Shown here piece by piece: positions 11,701 to 25,800 of a stretch of 64,000 bases of DNA. Position numbers and translations under genes: made by a program. Below the pieces are notes generated by a model, which was not told where the DNA came from, did not search any database, and saw only the letters and a program-made list of their open reading frames with translations. Origin of the DNA: Auanema rhodensis (Eukaryota; Animalia; Nematoda); the NCBI GenBank assembly GCA_964057225.1, contig OZ059897.1, positions 20,274,001-20,338,000 of the forward strand. The letters run 5' to 3'. Every line of letters starts with the position of its first letter. The first letter of the stretch is position 1.

Positions 11701-14700
11701 CAAATCTGATAACACAGATCGACGCAGCTTAAAAATCCGCATCGAATGCACTATACTACATTGAGAAACGCTTAATACAAAAATTAGTTATGATCGTTTG
11801 AAAAATGATGCATTAGTGTATGTTGAGTTTCCATGTACACTCAACATTGCTTCCAAAAACATTTTGACAAAAATTTTTTCGAAAAATTTCAAAATAATTT
11901 AGCAAAAAGTAGATGTTTTTAGATTCCTTTTTTCAAGGCAAAGACAATGGACCATGTTATTCAACGAAAAAAGTAATTCTTCAGGGTGAAAATCGAGGAT
12001 ATAAGTGTAAACTTATATCATTTGATATCTCGGTGCATTTTTAAGCTAGCGCAAATCTGATAACACAGATCGACGCAGCTTAAAAATCCGCATCGAATGC
12101 ACTATACTACATTAAGAAACGCTTAATACGAAAATTAGTTATGATCGTTTGAAAAATGATGCATTAGTGTATGTTGAGTTTCCATGTACACTCAACATTG
12201 CTTCCAAAAACATTTTGACAAAAATTTTTTCGAAAAATTTCAAAATAATTTAGCAAAAAGTAGATGTTTTTAGATTCCTTTTTTTAAGGCAAAGACAATG
12301 GACCATGTTATTCAACGAAAAAATTAATTCTTCAGGGTGAAAATCGAGGATATAAGTGTAAACTTATATCATTTGATACCTCGGTGCATTTTTAAGCTAG
12401 CGCAAATCTGATAACACAGATCGACGCAGCTTAAAAATCCGCATCGAATGCACTATACTACATTAAGAAACGCTTAATACAAAAATTAGTTATGATCGTT
12501 TGAAAAATGATGCATTAGTGTATGTTGAGTTTCCATGTACACTCAACATTGCTTCCGAAAACATTTTGACAAAAATTTTTTCGAAAAATTTCAAAATAAT
12601 TTAGCAAAAAGTAGATGTTTTTAGATTCCTTTTTTTAAGGCAAAGACAATGGACCATGTTATTCAACGAAAAAATTAATTCTTCAGGGTGAAAATCGAGG
12701 ATATAAGTGTAAACTTATATCATTTGATACCTCGGTGCATTTTTAAGCTAGCGCAAATCTGATAACACAGATCGACGCAGCTTAAAAATCCGCATCGAAT
12801 GCACTATACTACATTAAGAAACGCTTAATACAAAAATTAGTTATGATCGTTTGAAAAATGATGCATTAGTGTATGTTGAGTTTCCATGTACACTCAACAT
12901 TGCTTCCGAAAACATTTTGACAAAAATTTTTTCGAAAAATTTCAAAATAATTTAGCAAAAAGTAGATGTTTTTAGATTCCTTTTTTCAAGGCAAAGACGA
13001 TGAACAATGTTATTCAACGAAAAAATTAATTCTTCAGGGTGAAAATCAAGGATATAAGTGTGAACTTATATCAGATGATATCTCGGTGCATTTTTAAGCT
13101 AGCGCAAATCTGATAACACAGATCGACGCAGCTTAAAAATCCGCATCGAATGCACTATACTACATTGAGAAACGCTTAATACAAAAATTAGTTATGATCG
13201 TTTGAAAAATGATGCATTAGTGTATGTTGAGTTTCCATGTACACTCAACATTGCTTCCAAAAACATTTTGACAAAAATTTTTTCGAAAATTTTCAAAATA
13301 ATTTAGCAAAAAGTAGATGTTTTTAGATTCCTTTTTTCAAGGCAAAGACAATGGACCATGTTATTCAACGAAAAAATTAATTCTTCAGGGTGAAAATCGA
13401 GGATATAAGTGTGAACTTATATCAGTTGATATCTCGGTGCATTTTTAAGCTAGCGCAAATCTGATAACACAGATCGACGCAGCTTAAAAATCCGCATCGA
13501 ATGCACTATACTACATTGAGAAACGCTTAATACAAAAATTAGTTATGATCGTTTGAAAAATGATGCATTAGTGTATGTTGAGTTTCCATGTACACTCAAC
13601 ATTGCTTCCAAAAACATTTTGACAAAAATTTTTTCGAAAAATTTCAAAATAATTTAGCAAAAAGTAGATGTTTTTAGATTCCTTTTTTCAAGGCAAAGAC
13701 AATGGACCATGTTATTCAACGAAAAAATTAATTCTTCAGGGTGAAAATCGAGGATATAAGTGTGAACTTATATCAGTTGATATCTCGGTGCATTTTTAAG
13801 CTAGCGCAAATCTGATAACACAGATCGACGCAGCTTAAAAATCCGCATCGAATGCACTATACTACATTAAGAAACGCTTAATACAAAAATTAGTTATGAT
13901 CGTTTGAAAAATGATGCATTAGTGTATGTTGAGTTTCCATGTACACTCAACATTGCTTCCAAAAACATTTTGACAATAATTTTTTCGAAAAATTTCAAAA
14001 TAATTTAGCAAAAAGTAGATGTTTTTAGATTCCTTTATTCAAGGCAAAGACGATGGACAATGTTATTCAACGAAAAAATTAATTCTTCAGGGTGAAAATC
14101 GAGGATATGAGTGTAAACTTATATCAGTTGATATCTCGGTACATTTTTAAGCTAGCGCAAATCTGATAACACAGATCGACGCAGCTTAAAAATCCGCATC
14201 GAATGCACTATACTACATGGAAGAACGCTTAATACAAAAATTAGTTATGATCGTTTGAAAAATGATGCATTAGTGTATGTTGAGTTTCCATGTACACTCA
14301 ACATTGCTTCCAAAAACATTTTGACAAAAATTTTTTCGAAAAATTTCAAAATAATTTAGCAAAAAGTAGATGTTTTTAGATTCCTTTTTTCAAGGCAAAG
14401 ACAATGGACCATGTTATTCAACGAAAAAATTAATTCTTCAGGGTGAAAATCGAGGATATAAGTGTGAACTTATATCAGTTGATATCTCGGTGCATTTTTA
14501 AGCTAGCGCAAATCTGATAACACAGATCGACGCAGCTTAAAAATCCGCATCGAATGCACTATACTACATTAAGAAACACTTAATACAAAAATTAGTTATG
14601 ATCGTTTGAAAAATGATGCATTAGTGTATGTTGAGTTTCCATGTACACTCAACATTGCTTCCAAAAACATTTTGACAAAAATTTTTTCGAAAAATTTCAA

Positions 14701-17700
14701 AATAATTTAGCAAAAAGTAGATGTTTTTAGATTCCTTTTTTCAAGGCAAAGACGATGGACAATGTTATTCAACGAAAAAATTAATTCTTCAGGGTGAAAA
14801 TCGAGGATATAAGTGTAAACTTATATCAGTTGATATCTCGGTACATTTTTAAGCTAGCGCAAATCTGATAACACAGATCGACGCAGCTTAAAAATCCGCA
14901 TCGAATGCACTATACTACATGGAAGAACGCTTAATACAAAAATGAGTTATGATCGTTTGAAAAATGATGCATTAGTGTATGTTGAGTTTCCATGTACACT
15001 CAACATTGCTTCCAAAAACATTTTGACAAAAATTTTTTCGAAAAATTTCAAAATAATTTAGCAAAAAGTAGATGTTTTTAGATTCCTTTTTTCAAGGCAA
15101 AGACGATGGACAATGTTATTCAACGAAAAAATTAATTCTTCAGGGTGAAAATCGAGGATATAAGTGTAAACTTATATCAGTTGATATCTCGGTGCATTTT
15201 TAAGCTAGCGCAAATCTGATAACACAGATCGACGCAGCTTTAAAATCCGCATCGAATGCACTATACTACATTGAGAAACGCTTAATACAAAAATTAGTTA
15301 TGATCGTTTGAAAAATGATGCATTAGTGTATGTTGAGTTTCCATGTACACTCAACATTGCTTCCAAAAACATTTTGACAAAAATTTTTTCGAAAAATTTC
15401 AAAATAATTTAGCAAAAAGTAGATGTTTTTAGATTCCTTTTTTCAAGGCGAAGACGATGGACAATGTTATTCAACGAAAAAATTAATTCTTCAGGGTGAA
15501 AATCGAGGATATAAGTGTGAACTTATATCAGTTGATATCTCGGTACATTTTTAAGCTAGCGCAAATCTGATAACACAGATCGATGCAGCTTAAAAATCCG
15601 CATCGAATGCACTATACTACATGGAAGAACGCTTAATACAAAAATTAGTTATGATCGTTTGAAAAATGATGCATTAGTGTATGTTGAGTTTCCATGTACA
15701 CTCAACATTGCTTCCAAAAACATTTTGACAAAAATTTTTTCAAAAAATTTCAAAATAATTTAGCAAAAAGTAGATGTTTTTAGATTCCTTTTTTCAAGGC
15801 AAAGACAATGGACCATGTTATTCAACGAAAAAATTAATTCTTCAGGGTGAAAATCGAGGATATAAGTGTGAACTTATATCAGTTGATATCTCGGTGCATT
15901 TTTAAGCTAGCGCAAATCTGATAACACAGATCGACGCAGCTTAAAAATCCGCATCGAATGCACTATACTACATTGAGAAACGCTTAATACAAAAATTAGT
16001 TATGATCGTTTGAAAAATGATGCATTAGTGTATGTTGAGTTTCCATGTACACTCAACATTGCTTCCAAAAACATTTTGACAAAAATTTTTTCGAAAAATT
16101 TCAAAATAATTTAGCAAAAAGTAGATGTTTTTAGATTCCTTTTTTCAAGGCAAAGACGATGGACGATGTTATTCAACGAAAAAATTAATTCTTCAGGGTG
16201 AAAATCGAGGATATAAGTGTGAACTTATATCAGTTGATATCTCGGTGCATTTTTAAGCTAGCGCAAATCTGATAACACAGATCGACGCAGCTCAAAAATC
16301 CGTACGAATGCACTATACTATATTGAGAAACGCTTAATACAAAAATTAGTTATGATCGTTTGAAAAATGATGCATTAGTGTATGTTGAGTTTCCATGTAC
16401 ACTCAACATTGCTTCCAAAAACATTTTGACAAAAATTTTTTCGAAAAATTTCAAAATAATTTAGCAAAAAGTAGATGTTTTTAGATTCCTTTTTTCAAGG
16501 CAAAGACGATGGACAATGTTATTCAACGAAAAAATTAATTCTTCAGGGTGAAAATCGAGGATATAAGTGTAAACTTATATCAGTTGATATCTCGGTGCAT
16601 TTTTAAGCTAGCGCAAATCTGATAACACAGATCGACGCAGCTTAAAAATCCGCATCGAATGCACTATACTACATTGAGAAACGCTTAATACAAAAATTAG
16701 TTATGATCGTTTGAAAAATGATGCATTAGTGTATGTTGAGTTTACATGTACACTCAACATTGCTTCCAAAAACATTTTGACAAAAATTTTTTCGAAAAAT
16801 TTCAAAATAATTTAGCAAAAAGTAGATGTTTTTAGATTCCTTTTTTCAAGGCAAAGACGATGGACAATGTTATTCAACGAAAAAATTATTTCTTCAGGGT
16901 GAAAATCGAGGATATAAGTGTGAACTTATATCAGTTGATATATCGGTGCATTTTTAAGCTAGCGCAAATCTGATAACACAGATCGACGCAGCTTAAAAAT
17001 CCGCATCGAATGCACTATACTACATTAAGAAACGCTTAATACAAAAATTAGTTATGATCGTTTGAAAAATGATGCATTAGTGTATGTTGAGTTTCCATGT
17101 ACACTCAACATTGCTTCCAAAAACATTTTGACAAAAATTTTTTCGAAAAATTTCAAAATAATTTAGCAAAAAGTAGATGTTTTTAGATTCCTTTTTTCAA
17201 GGCAAAGACGATGGACAATGTTATTCAACGAAAAAATTATTTCTTCAGGGTGAAAATCGAGGATATAAGTGTGAACTTATATCAGTTGATATATCGGTGC
17301 ATTTTTAAGCTAGCGCAAATCTGATAACACAGATCGACGCAGCTTAAAAATCCGCATCGAATGCACTATATTACATTAAGAAACGCTTAATACAAAAATT
17401 AGTTATGATCGTTTGAAAAATGATGCATTAGTGTATGTTGAGTTTCCATGTACACTCAACATTGCTTCCAAAAACATTTTGACAAAAATTGTTTCGAAAA
17501 ATTTCAAAATAATTTAGCAAAAAGTAGATGTTTTTAGATTCCTTTTTTCAAGGCAAAGACGATGAACAATGTTATTCAACGAAAAAATTAATTTTTCAGG
17601 GTGAAAATCGAGGATATAAGTGTAAACTTATATCAGTTGATATCTCGGTGCATTTTTAAGCTAGCGCAAATCTGATAACACAGATCGACGCAGCTTAAAA

Positions 17701-19304
17701 ATCCGCATCGAATGCACTATACTACATTGAGAAACGCTTAATACAAAAATTAGTTATGATCGTTTGAAAAATGATGCATTAGTGTATGTTGAGTTTCCAT
17801 GTACACTCAACATTGCTTCCAAAAACATTTTGACAAAAATTTTTTCGAAAAATTTCAAAATAATTTAGCAAAAAGTAGATGTTTTTAGATTCCTTTTTTC
17901 AAGGCAAAGACAATGGACCATGTTATTCAACGAAAAAATTAATTCTTCAGGGTGAAAATCGAGGATATAAGTGTAAACTTATATCATTTGATATCTCGGT
18001 GCATTTTTAAGCTAGCGCAAATCTGATAACATAGATCGACGCAGCTTAAAAATCCGCATCGAATGCACTATACTACATTGAGAAACGCTTAATACAAAAA
18101 TTAGTTATGATCGTTTGAAAAATGATGCATTAGTGTATGTTGAGTTTCCATGTACACTCAACATTGCTTCCAAAAACATTTTGACAAAAATTTTTTCGAA
18201 AAATTTCAAAATAATTTAGCAAAAAGTAGATGTTTTTAGATTCCTTATTTCAAGGCAAAGACAATGGACCATGTTATTCAACGAAAAAATTAATTCTTCA
18301 GGGTGAAAATCGAGGATATAAGTGTGAACTTATATCAGTTGATATCTCGGTACATTTTTGAGCTAGCGCAAATCTGATAACACAGATCGACGCAGCTTAA
18401 AAATCCGCATCGAATGCACTATACTACATGGAAGAACGCTTAATACAAAAATTAGTTATGATCGTTTGAAAAATGATGCATTAGTGTATGTTGAGTTTCC
18501 ATGTACACTCAACATTGCTTCCAAAAACATTTTGACAAAAATTTTTTCGAAAAATTTCAAAATAATTTAGCAAAAAGTAGATGTTTTTAGATTCCTTTTT
18601 TCAAGGCAAAGACAATGGACCATGTTATTCAACGAAAAAATTAATTCTTCAGGGTGAAAATCGAGGATATAAGTGTAAACTTATATCATTTGATATCTCG
18701 GTGCATTTTTAAGCTAGCGCAAATCTGATAACATAGATCGACGCAGCTTAAAAATCCGCATCGAATGCACTATACTACATTGAGAAACGCTTAATACAAA
18801 AATTAGTTATGATCGTTTGAAAAATGATGCATTAGTGTATGTTGAGTTTCCATGTACACTCAACATTGCTTCCAAAAACATTTTGACAAAAATTTTTTCG
18901 AAAAATTTCAAAATAATTTAGCAAAAAGTAGATGTTTTTAGATTCCTTTTTTCAAGGCAAAGACGATGGACAATGTTATTTAACGAAAAAATTAATTCTT
19001 CAGGGTGAAAATCGAGGATAAAAGTGTAAACTTATATCAGTTGATATCTCGGTGCATTTTTAAGCTAGCGCAAATCTGATAACACAGATCGACGCAGCTT
19101 AAAAATCCGCATCGAATGCACTATACTACATTGAGAAACGCTTAATACAAAAATTAGTTATGATCGTTTGAAAAATGATGCATTAGTGTATGTTGAGTTT
19201 CCATGTACACTCAACATTGCTTCCAAAAACATTTTGACAAAAATTTTTTCGAAAAATTTCAAAATAATTTAGCAAAAAGTAGATGTTTTTAGATTCCTTT
19301 TTTC

Positions 19305-22300
19305 AAGGCAAAGACAATGGACCATGTTATTCAACGAAAAAATTAATTCTTCAGGGTGAAAATCGAGGATATAAGTGTGAACTTATATCAGTTGATATCT
19401 CGGTGCATTTTTAAGCTAGCGCAAATCTGATAACACAGATCGACGCAGCTTAAAAATCCGCATCGAATGCACTATACTACATAGAAGAACGCTTAATACA
19501 AAAATTAGTTATGATCGTTTGAAAAATGATGCATTAGTGTATGTTGAGTTTCCATGTACACTCAACAATGCTTCCAAAAACATTTTGACAAAAATTTTTT
19601 CGAAAAATTTCAAAATAATTTAGCAAAAAGTAGATGTTTTTAGATTTCATTTTTCAAGGCAAAGACGATGGACAATGTTATTCAACGAAAAAATTAATTC
19701 TTCAGGGTGAAAATCGAGGATATAAGTGTGAACTTATATCAGTTGATATCTCGGTGCATTTTTAAGCTAGCGCAAATCTGATAACACAGATCGACGCAGC
19801 TTAAAAATCCGCATCGAATGCACTATACTACATAGAAGAACGCTTAATACAAAAATTAGTTATGATCGTTTGAAAAATGATGCATTAGTGTATGTTGAGT
19901 TTCCATGTACACTCAACATTGCTTCCAAAAACATTTTGACAAAAATTTTTTCGAAAAATTTCAAAATAATTTAGCAAAAAGTAGATGTTTTTAGATTCCT
20001 TTTTTCAAGGCAAAGACGATGAACAATGTTATTTAACGAAAAAATTAATTCTTCAGGGTGAAAATCGAGGATAAAAGTGTAAACTTATATCAGTTGATAT
20101 CTCGGTGCATTTTTAAGCTAGCGCAAATCTGATAACACAGATCGACGCAGCTTAAAAATCCGCATCGAATGCACTATACTACATTGAGAAACGCTTAATA
20201 CAAAAATTAGTTATGATCGTTTGAAAAATGATGCATTAGTGTATGTTGAGTTTCCATGTACACTCAACATTGCTTCCAAAAACATTTTGACAAAAATTTT
20301 TTCGAAAAATTTCAAAATAATTTAGCAAAAAGTAGATGTTTTTAGATTCCTTTTTTCAAGGCAAAGACAATGGACCATGTTATTCAACGAAAAAATTAAT
20401 TCTTCAGGGTGAAAATCGAGGATATAAGTGTGAACTTATATCGGTTGATATCTCGGTGCATTTTTAAGCTAGCGCAAATCTGATAACACAGCTCGACGCA
20501 GCTTAAAAATCCGCATCGAATGCACTATACTACATAGAAGAACGCTTAATACAAAAATTAGTTATGATCGTTTGAAAAATGATGCATTAGTGTATGTTTA
20601 GTTTCCATGTACACTCAACAATGCTTCCAAAAACATTTTGACAAAAATTTTTTCGAAAAATTTCAAAATAATTTAGCAAAAAGTAGATGTTTTTAGATTT
20701 CATTTTTCAAGGCAAAGACGATGGACAATGTTATTCAACGAAAAAATTAATTCTTCAGGGTGAAAATCGAGGATATAAGTGTGAACTTATATCAGTTGAT
20801 ATCTCGGTGCATTTTTAAGCTAGCGCAAATCTGATAACACAGATCGACGCAGCTTAAAAATCCGCATCGAATGCACTATACTACATTGAGAAACGCTTAA
20901 TACAAAAATTAGTTATGATCGTTTGAAAAATGATGCATTAGTGTATGTTGAGTTTCCATGTACACTCAACATTGCTTCCAAAAACATTTTGACAAAAATT
21001 TTTTCGAAAAATTTCAAAATAATTTAGCAAAAAGTAGATGTTTTTAGATTCCTTTTTTCAAGGCAAAGACAATGGACCATGTTATTCAACGAAAAAATTA
21101 ATTCTTCAGGGTGAAAATCGAGGATATAAGTGTGAACTTATATCAGTTGATATCTCGGTGCATTTTTAAGCTAGCGCAAATCTGATAACACAGATCGACG
21201 CAGCTTAAAAATCCGCATCGAATGCACTATACTACATAGAAGAACGCTTAATACAAAAATTAGTTATGATCGTTTGAAAAATGATGCATTAGTGTATGTT
21301 GAGTTTCCATGTACACTCAACAATGCTTCCAAAAACATTTTGACAAAAATTTTTTCGAAAAATTTCAAAATAATTTAGCAAAAAGTAGATGTTTTTAGAT
21401 TTCATTTTTCAAGGCAAAGACGATGGACAATGTTATTCAACGAAAAAATTAATTCTTCAGGGTGAAAATCGAGGATATAAGTGTGAACTTATATCAGTTG
21501 ATATCTCGGTGCATTTTTAAGCTAGCGCAAATCTGATAACACAGATCGACGCAGCTTAAAAATCCGCATCGAATGCACTATACTACATAGAAGAACGCTT
21601 AATACAAAAATTAGTTATGATCGTTTGAAAAATGATGCATTAGTGTATGTTGAGTTTCCATGTACACTCAACATTGCTTCCAAAAACATTTTGACAAAAA
21701 TTTTTTCGAAAAATTTCAAAATAATTTAGCAAAAAGTAGATGTTTTTAGATTCCTTTTTTCAAGGCAAAGACGATGAACAATGTTATTTAACGAAAAAAT
21801 TAATTCTTCAGGGTGAAAATCGAGGATAAAAGTGTAAACTTATATCAGTTGATATCTCGGTGCATTTTTAAGCTAGCGCAAATCTGATAACACAGATCGA
21901 CGCAGCTTAAAAATCCGCATCGAATGCACTATACTACATTGAGAAACGCTTAATACAAAAATTAGTTATGATCGTTTGAAAAATGATGCATTAGTGTATG
22001 TTGAGTTTCCATGTACACTCAACATTGCTTCCAAAAACATTTTGACAAAAATTTTTTCGAAAAATTTCAAAATAATTTAGCAAAAAGTAGATGTTTTTAG
22101 ATTCCTTTTTTCAAGGCAAAGACAATGGACCATGTTATTCAACGAAAAAATTAATTCTTCAGGGTGAAAATCGAGGATATAAGTGTGAACTTATATCGGT
22201 TGATATCTCGGTGCATTTTTAAGCTAGCGCAAATCTGATAACACAGATCGACGCAGCTTAAAAATCCGCATCGAATGCACTATACTACATAGAAGAACGC

Positions 22301-22814
22301 TTAATACAAAAATTAGTTATGATCGTTTGAAAAATGATGCATTAGTGTATGTTGAGTTTCCATGTACACTCAACAATGCTTCCAAAAACATTTTGACAAA
22401 AATTTTTTCGAAAAATTTCAAAATAATTTAGCAAAAAGTAGATGTTTTTAGATTTCATTTTTCAAGGCAAAGACGATGGACAATGTTATTCAACGAAAAA
22501 ATTAATTCTTCAGGGTGAAAATCGAGGATATAAGTGTGAACTTATATCAGTTGATATCTCGGTGCATTTTTAAGCTAGCGCAAATCTGATAACACAGATC
22601 GACGCAGCTTAAAAATCCGCATCGAATGCACTATACTACATAGAAGAACGCTTAATACAAAAATTAGTTATGATCGTTTGAAAAATGATGCATTAGTGTA
22701 TGTTGAGTTTCCATGTACACTCAACATTGCTTCCAAAAACATTTTGACAAAAATTTTTTCGAAAAATTTCAAAATAATTTAGCAAAAAGTAGATGTTTTT
22801 AGATTCCTTTTTTC
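19305..22814. repeat. Local 5-mer (1755-bp) higher-order repeat, two units
   Basis: The private CAACAATG allele, with linked GATTTCATTTTT, occurs at 19568, 20621, 21323 and 22376 (offsets 1755). ATCGGTTG and GATGAAC+TATTTAAC monomers repeat at the same offset. Confidence 0.88.
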
Positions 22815-25800
22815 AAGGCAAAGACAATGGACCATGTTATTCAACGAAAAAATTAATTCTTCAGGGTGAAAATCGAGGATATAAGTGTGAACTTATATCA
22901 GTTGATATCTCGGTGCATTTTTAAGCTAGCGCAAATCTGATAACACAGATCGACGCAGCTTAAAAATCCGCATCGAATGCACTATACTACATTGAGAAAC
23001 GCTTAATACAAAAATTAGTTATGATCGTTTGAAAAATGATGCATTAGTGTATGTTGAGTTTCCATGTACACTCAACATTGCTTCCAAAAACATTTCGACA
23101 AAAATTTTTTCGAAAAATTTCAAAATAATTTAGCAAAAAGTAGATGTTTTTAGATTCCTTTTTTCAAGGCAAAGACAATGGACCATGTTATTCAACGAAA
23201 AAATTAATTCTTCAGGGTGAAAATCGAGGATATAAGTGTGAACTTATATCAGTTGATATCTCGGTGCATTTTTAAGCTAGCGCAAATCTGATAACACAGA
23301 TCGACGCAGCTTAAAAATCCGCATCGAATGCACTATACTACATAGAAGAACGCTTAATACAAAAATTAGTTATGATCGTTTGAAAAATGATGCATTAGTG
23401 TATGTTGAGTTTCCATGTACACTCAACATTGCTTCCAAAAACATTTTGACAAAAATTTTTTCGAAAAATTTCAAAATAATTTAGCAAAAAGTAGATGTTT
23501 TTAGATTCCTTTTTTCAAGGCAAAGACGATGGACAATGTTATTCAACGAAAAAATTATTTCTTCAGGGTGAAAATCGAGGATATAAGTGTGAACTTATAT
23601 CAGTTGATATCTCGGTGCATTTTTAAGCTAGCGCAAATCTGATAACACAGATCGACGCAGCTTAAAAATCCGCATCGAATGCACTATACTACATTGAGAA
23701 ACGCTTAATACAAAAATTAGTTATGATCGTTTGAAAAATGATGCATTAGTGTATGTTGAGTTTCCATGTACACTCAACATTGCTTCCAAAAACATTTTGA
23801 CAAAAATTTTTTCGAAAAATTTCAAAATAATTTAGCAAAAAGTAGATGTTTTTAGATTCCTTTTTTCAAGGCAAAGACAATGGACCATGTTATTCAACGA
23901 AAAAATTAATTCTTCAGGGTGAAAATCGAGGATATAAGTGTGAACTTATATCAGTTGATATCTCGGTGCATTTTTAAGCTAGCGCAAATCTGATAACACA
24001 GATCGACGCAGCTTAAAAATCCGCATCGAATGCACTATACTACATAGAAGAACGCTTAATACAAAAATTAGTTATGATCGTTTGAAAAATGATGCATTAG
24101 TGTATGTTGAGTTTCCATGTACACTCAACATTGCTTCCAAAAACATTTTGACAAAAATTTTTTCGAAAAATTTCAAAATAATTTAGCAAAAAGTAGATGT
24201 TTTTAGATTCCTTTTTTCAAGGCAAAGACGATGGACAATGTTATTCAACGAAAAAATTATTTCTTCAGGGTGAAAATCGAGGATATAAGTGTGAACTTAT
24301 ATCAGTTGATATCTCGGTGCATTTTTAAGCTAGCGCAAATCTGATAACACAGATCGACGCAGCTTAAAAATCCGCATCGAATGCACTATACTACATTGAG
24401 AAACGCTTAATACAAAAATTAGTTATGATCGTTTGAAAAATGATGCATTAGTGTATGTTGAGTTTCCATGTACACTCAACATTGCTTCCTAAAACATTTT
24501 GACAAAAATTTTTTCGAAAAATTTCAAAATAATTTAGCAAAAAGTAGATGTTTTTAGATTCCTTTTTTCAAGCCAAAGACGATGGACGATGTTATTCAAC
24601 GAAAAAATTAATTCTTCAGGGTGAAAATCGAGGATATAAGTGTGAACTTATATCAGTTGATATCTCGGTGCATTTTTAAGCTAGCGCAAATCTGATAACA
24701 CAGATCGACGCAGCTCAAAAATCCGTACGAATGCACTATACTATATTGAGAAACGCTTAATACAAAAATTAGTTATGATCGTTTGAAAAATGATGCATTA
24801 GTGTATGTTGAGTTTCCATGTACACTCAACATTGCTTCCAAAAACATTTTGACAAAAATTTTTTCGAAAAATTTCAAAATAATTAAGCAAAAAGTAGATG
24901 TTTTTAGATTCCTTTTTTCAAGGCAAAGACGATGGACAATGTTATTCAACGAAAAAATTAATTCTTCAGGGTGAAAATCGAGGATATAAGTGTGAACTTA
25001 TATCAGTTGATATCTCGGTACATTTTTAAGCTAGCGCAAATCGGATAACACAGATCGACGCAGCTTAAAAATCCGCATCGAATGCACTATACTACATGGA
25101 AGAACGCTTAATACAAAAATTAGTTATGATCGTTTGAAAAATGATGCATTAGTGTATGTTGAGTTTCCATGTACACTCAACATTGCTTCCAAAAACATTT
25201 TGACAAAAATTTTTTCGAAAAATTTCAAAATAATTTAGCAAAAAGTAGATGTTTTTAGATTCCTTTTTTCAAGGCAAAGACGATGGACAATGTTATTCAA
25301 CGAAAAAATTATTTCTTCAGGGTGAAAATCGAGGATATAAGTGTAAACTTATATCATTTGATATCTCGGTGCATTTTTAAGCTAGCGCAAATCTGATAAC
25401 ACAGATCGACGCAGCTTAAAAATCCGCATCGAATGCACTATACTACATTAAGAAACGCTTAATACAAAAATTAGTTATGATCGTTTGAAAAATGATGCAT
25501 TAGTGTATGTTGAGTTTCCATGTACACTCAACATTGCTTCCAAAAACATTTTGACAAAAATTTTTTCGAAAAATTTCAAAATAATTTAGCAAAAAGTAGA
25601 TGTTTTTATATTCCTTTTTTCAAGGCAAAGACGATGGACAATGTTATTCAACGAAAAAATTAATTCTTCAGGGTGAAAATCGAGGATATAAGTGTGAACT
25701 TATATCAGTTGATATCTCGGTACATTTTTAAGCTAGCGCAAATCTGATAACACAGATCGACGCAGCTTAAAAATCCGCATCGAATGCACTATACTACATG

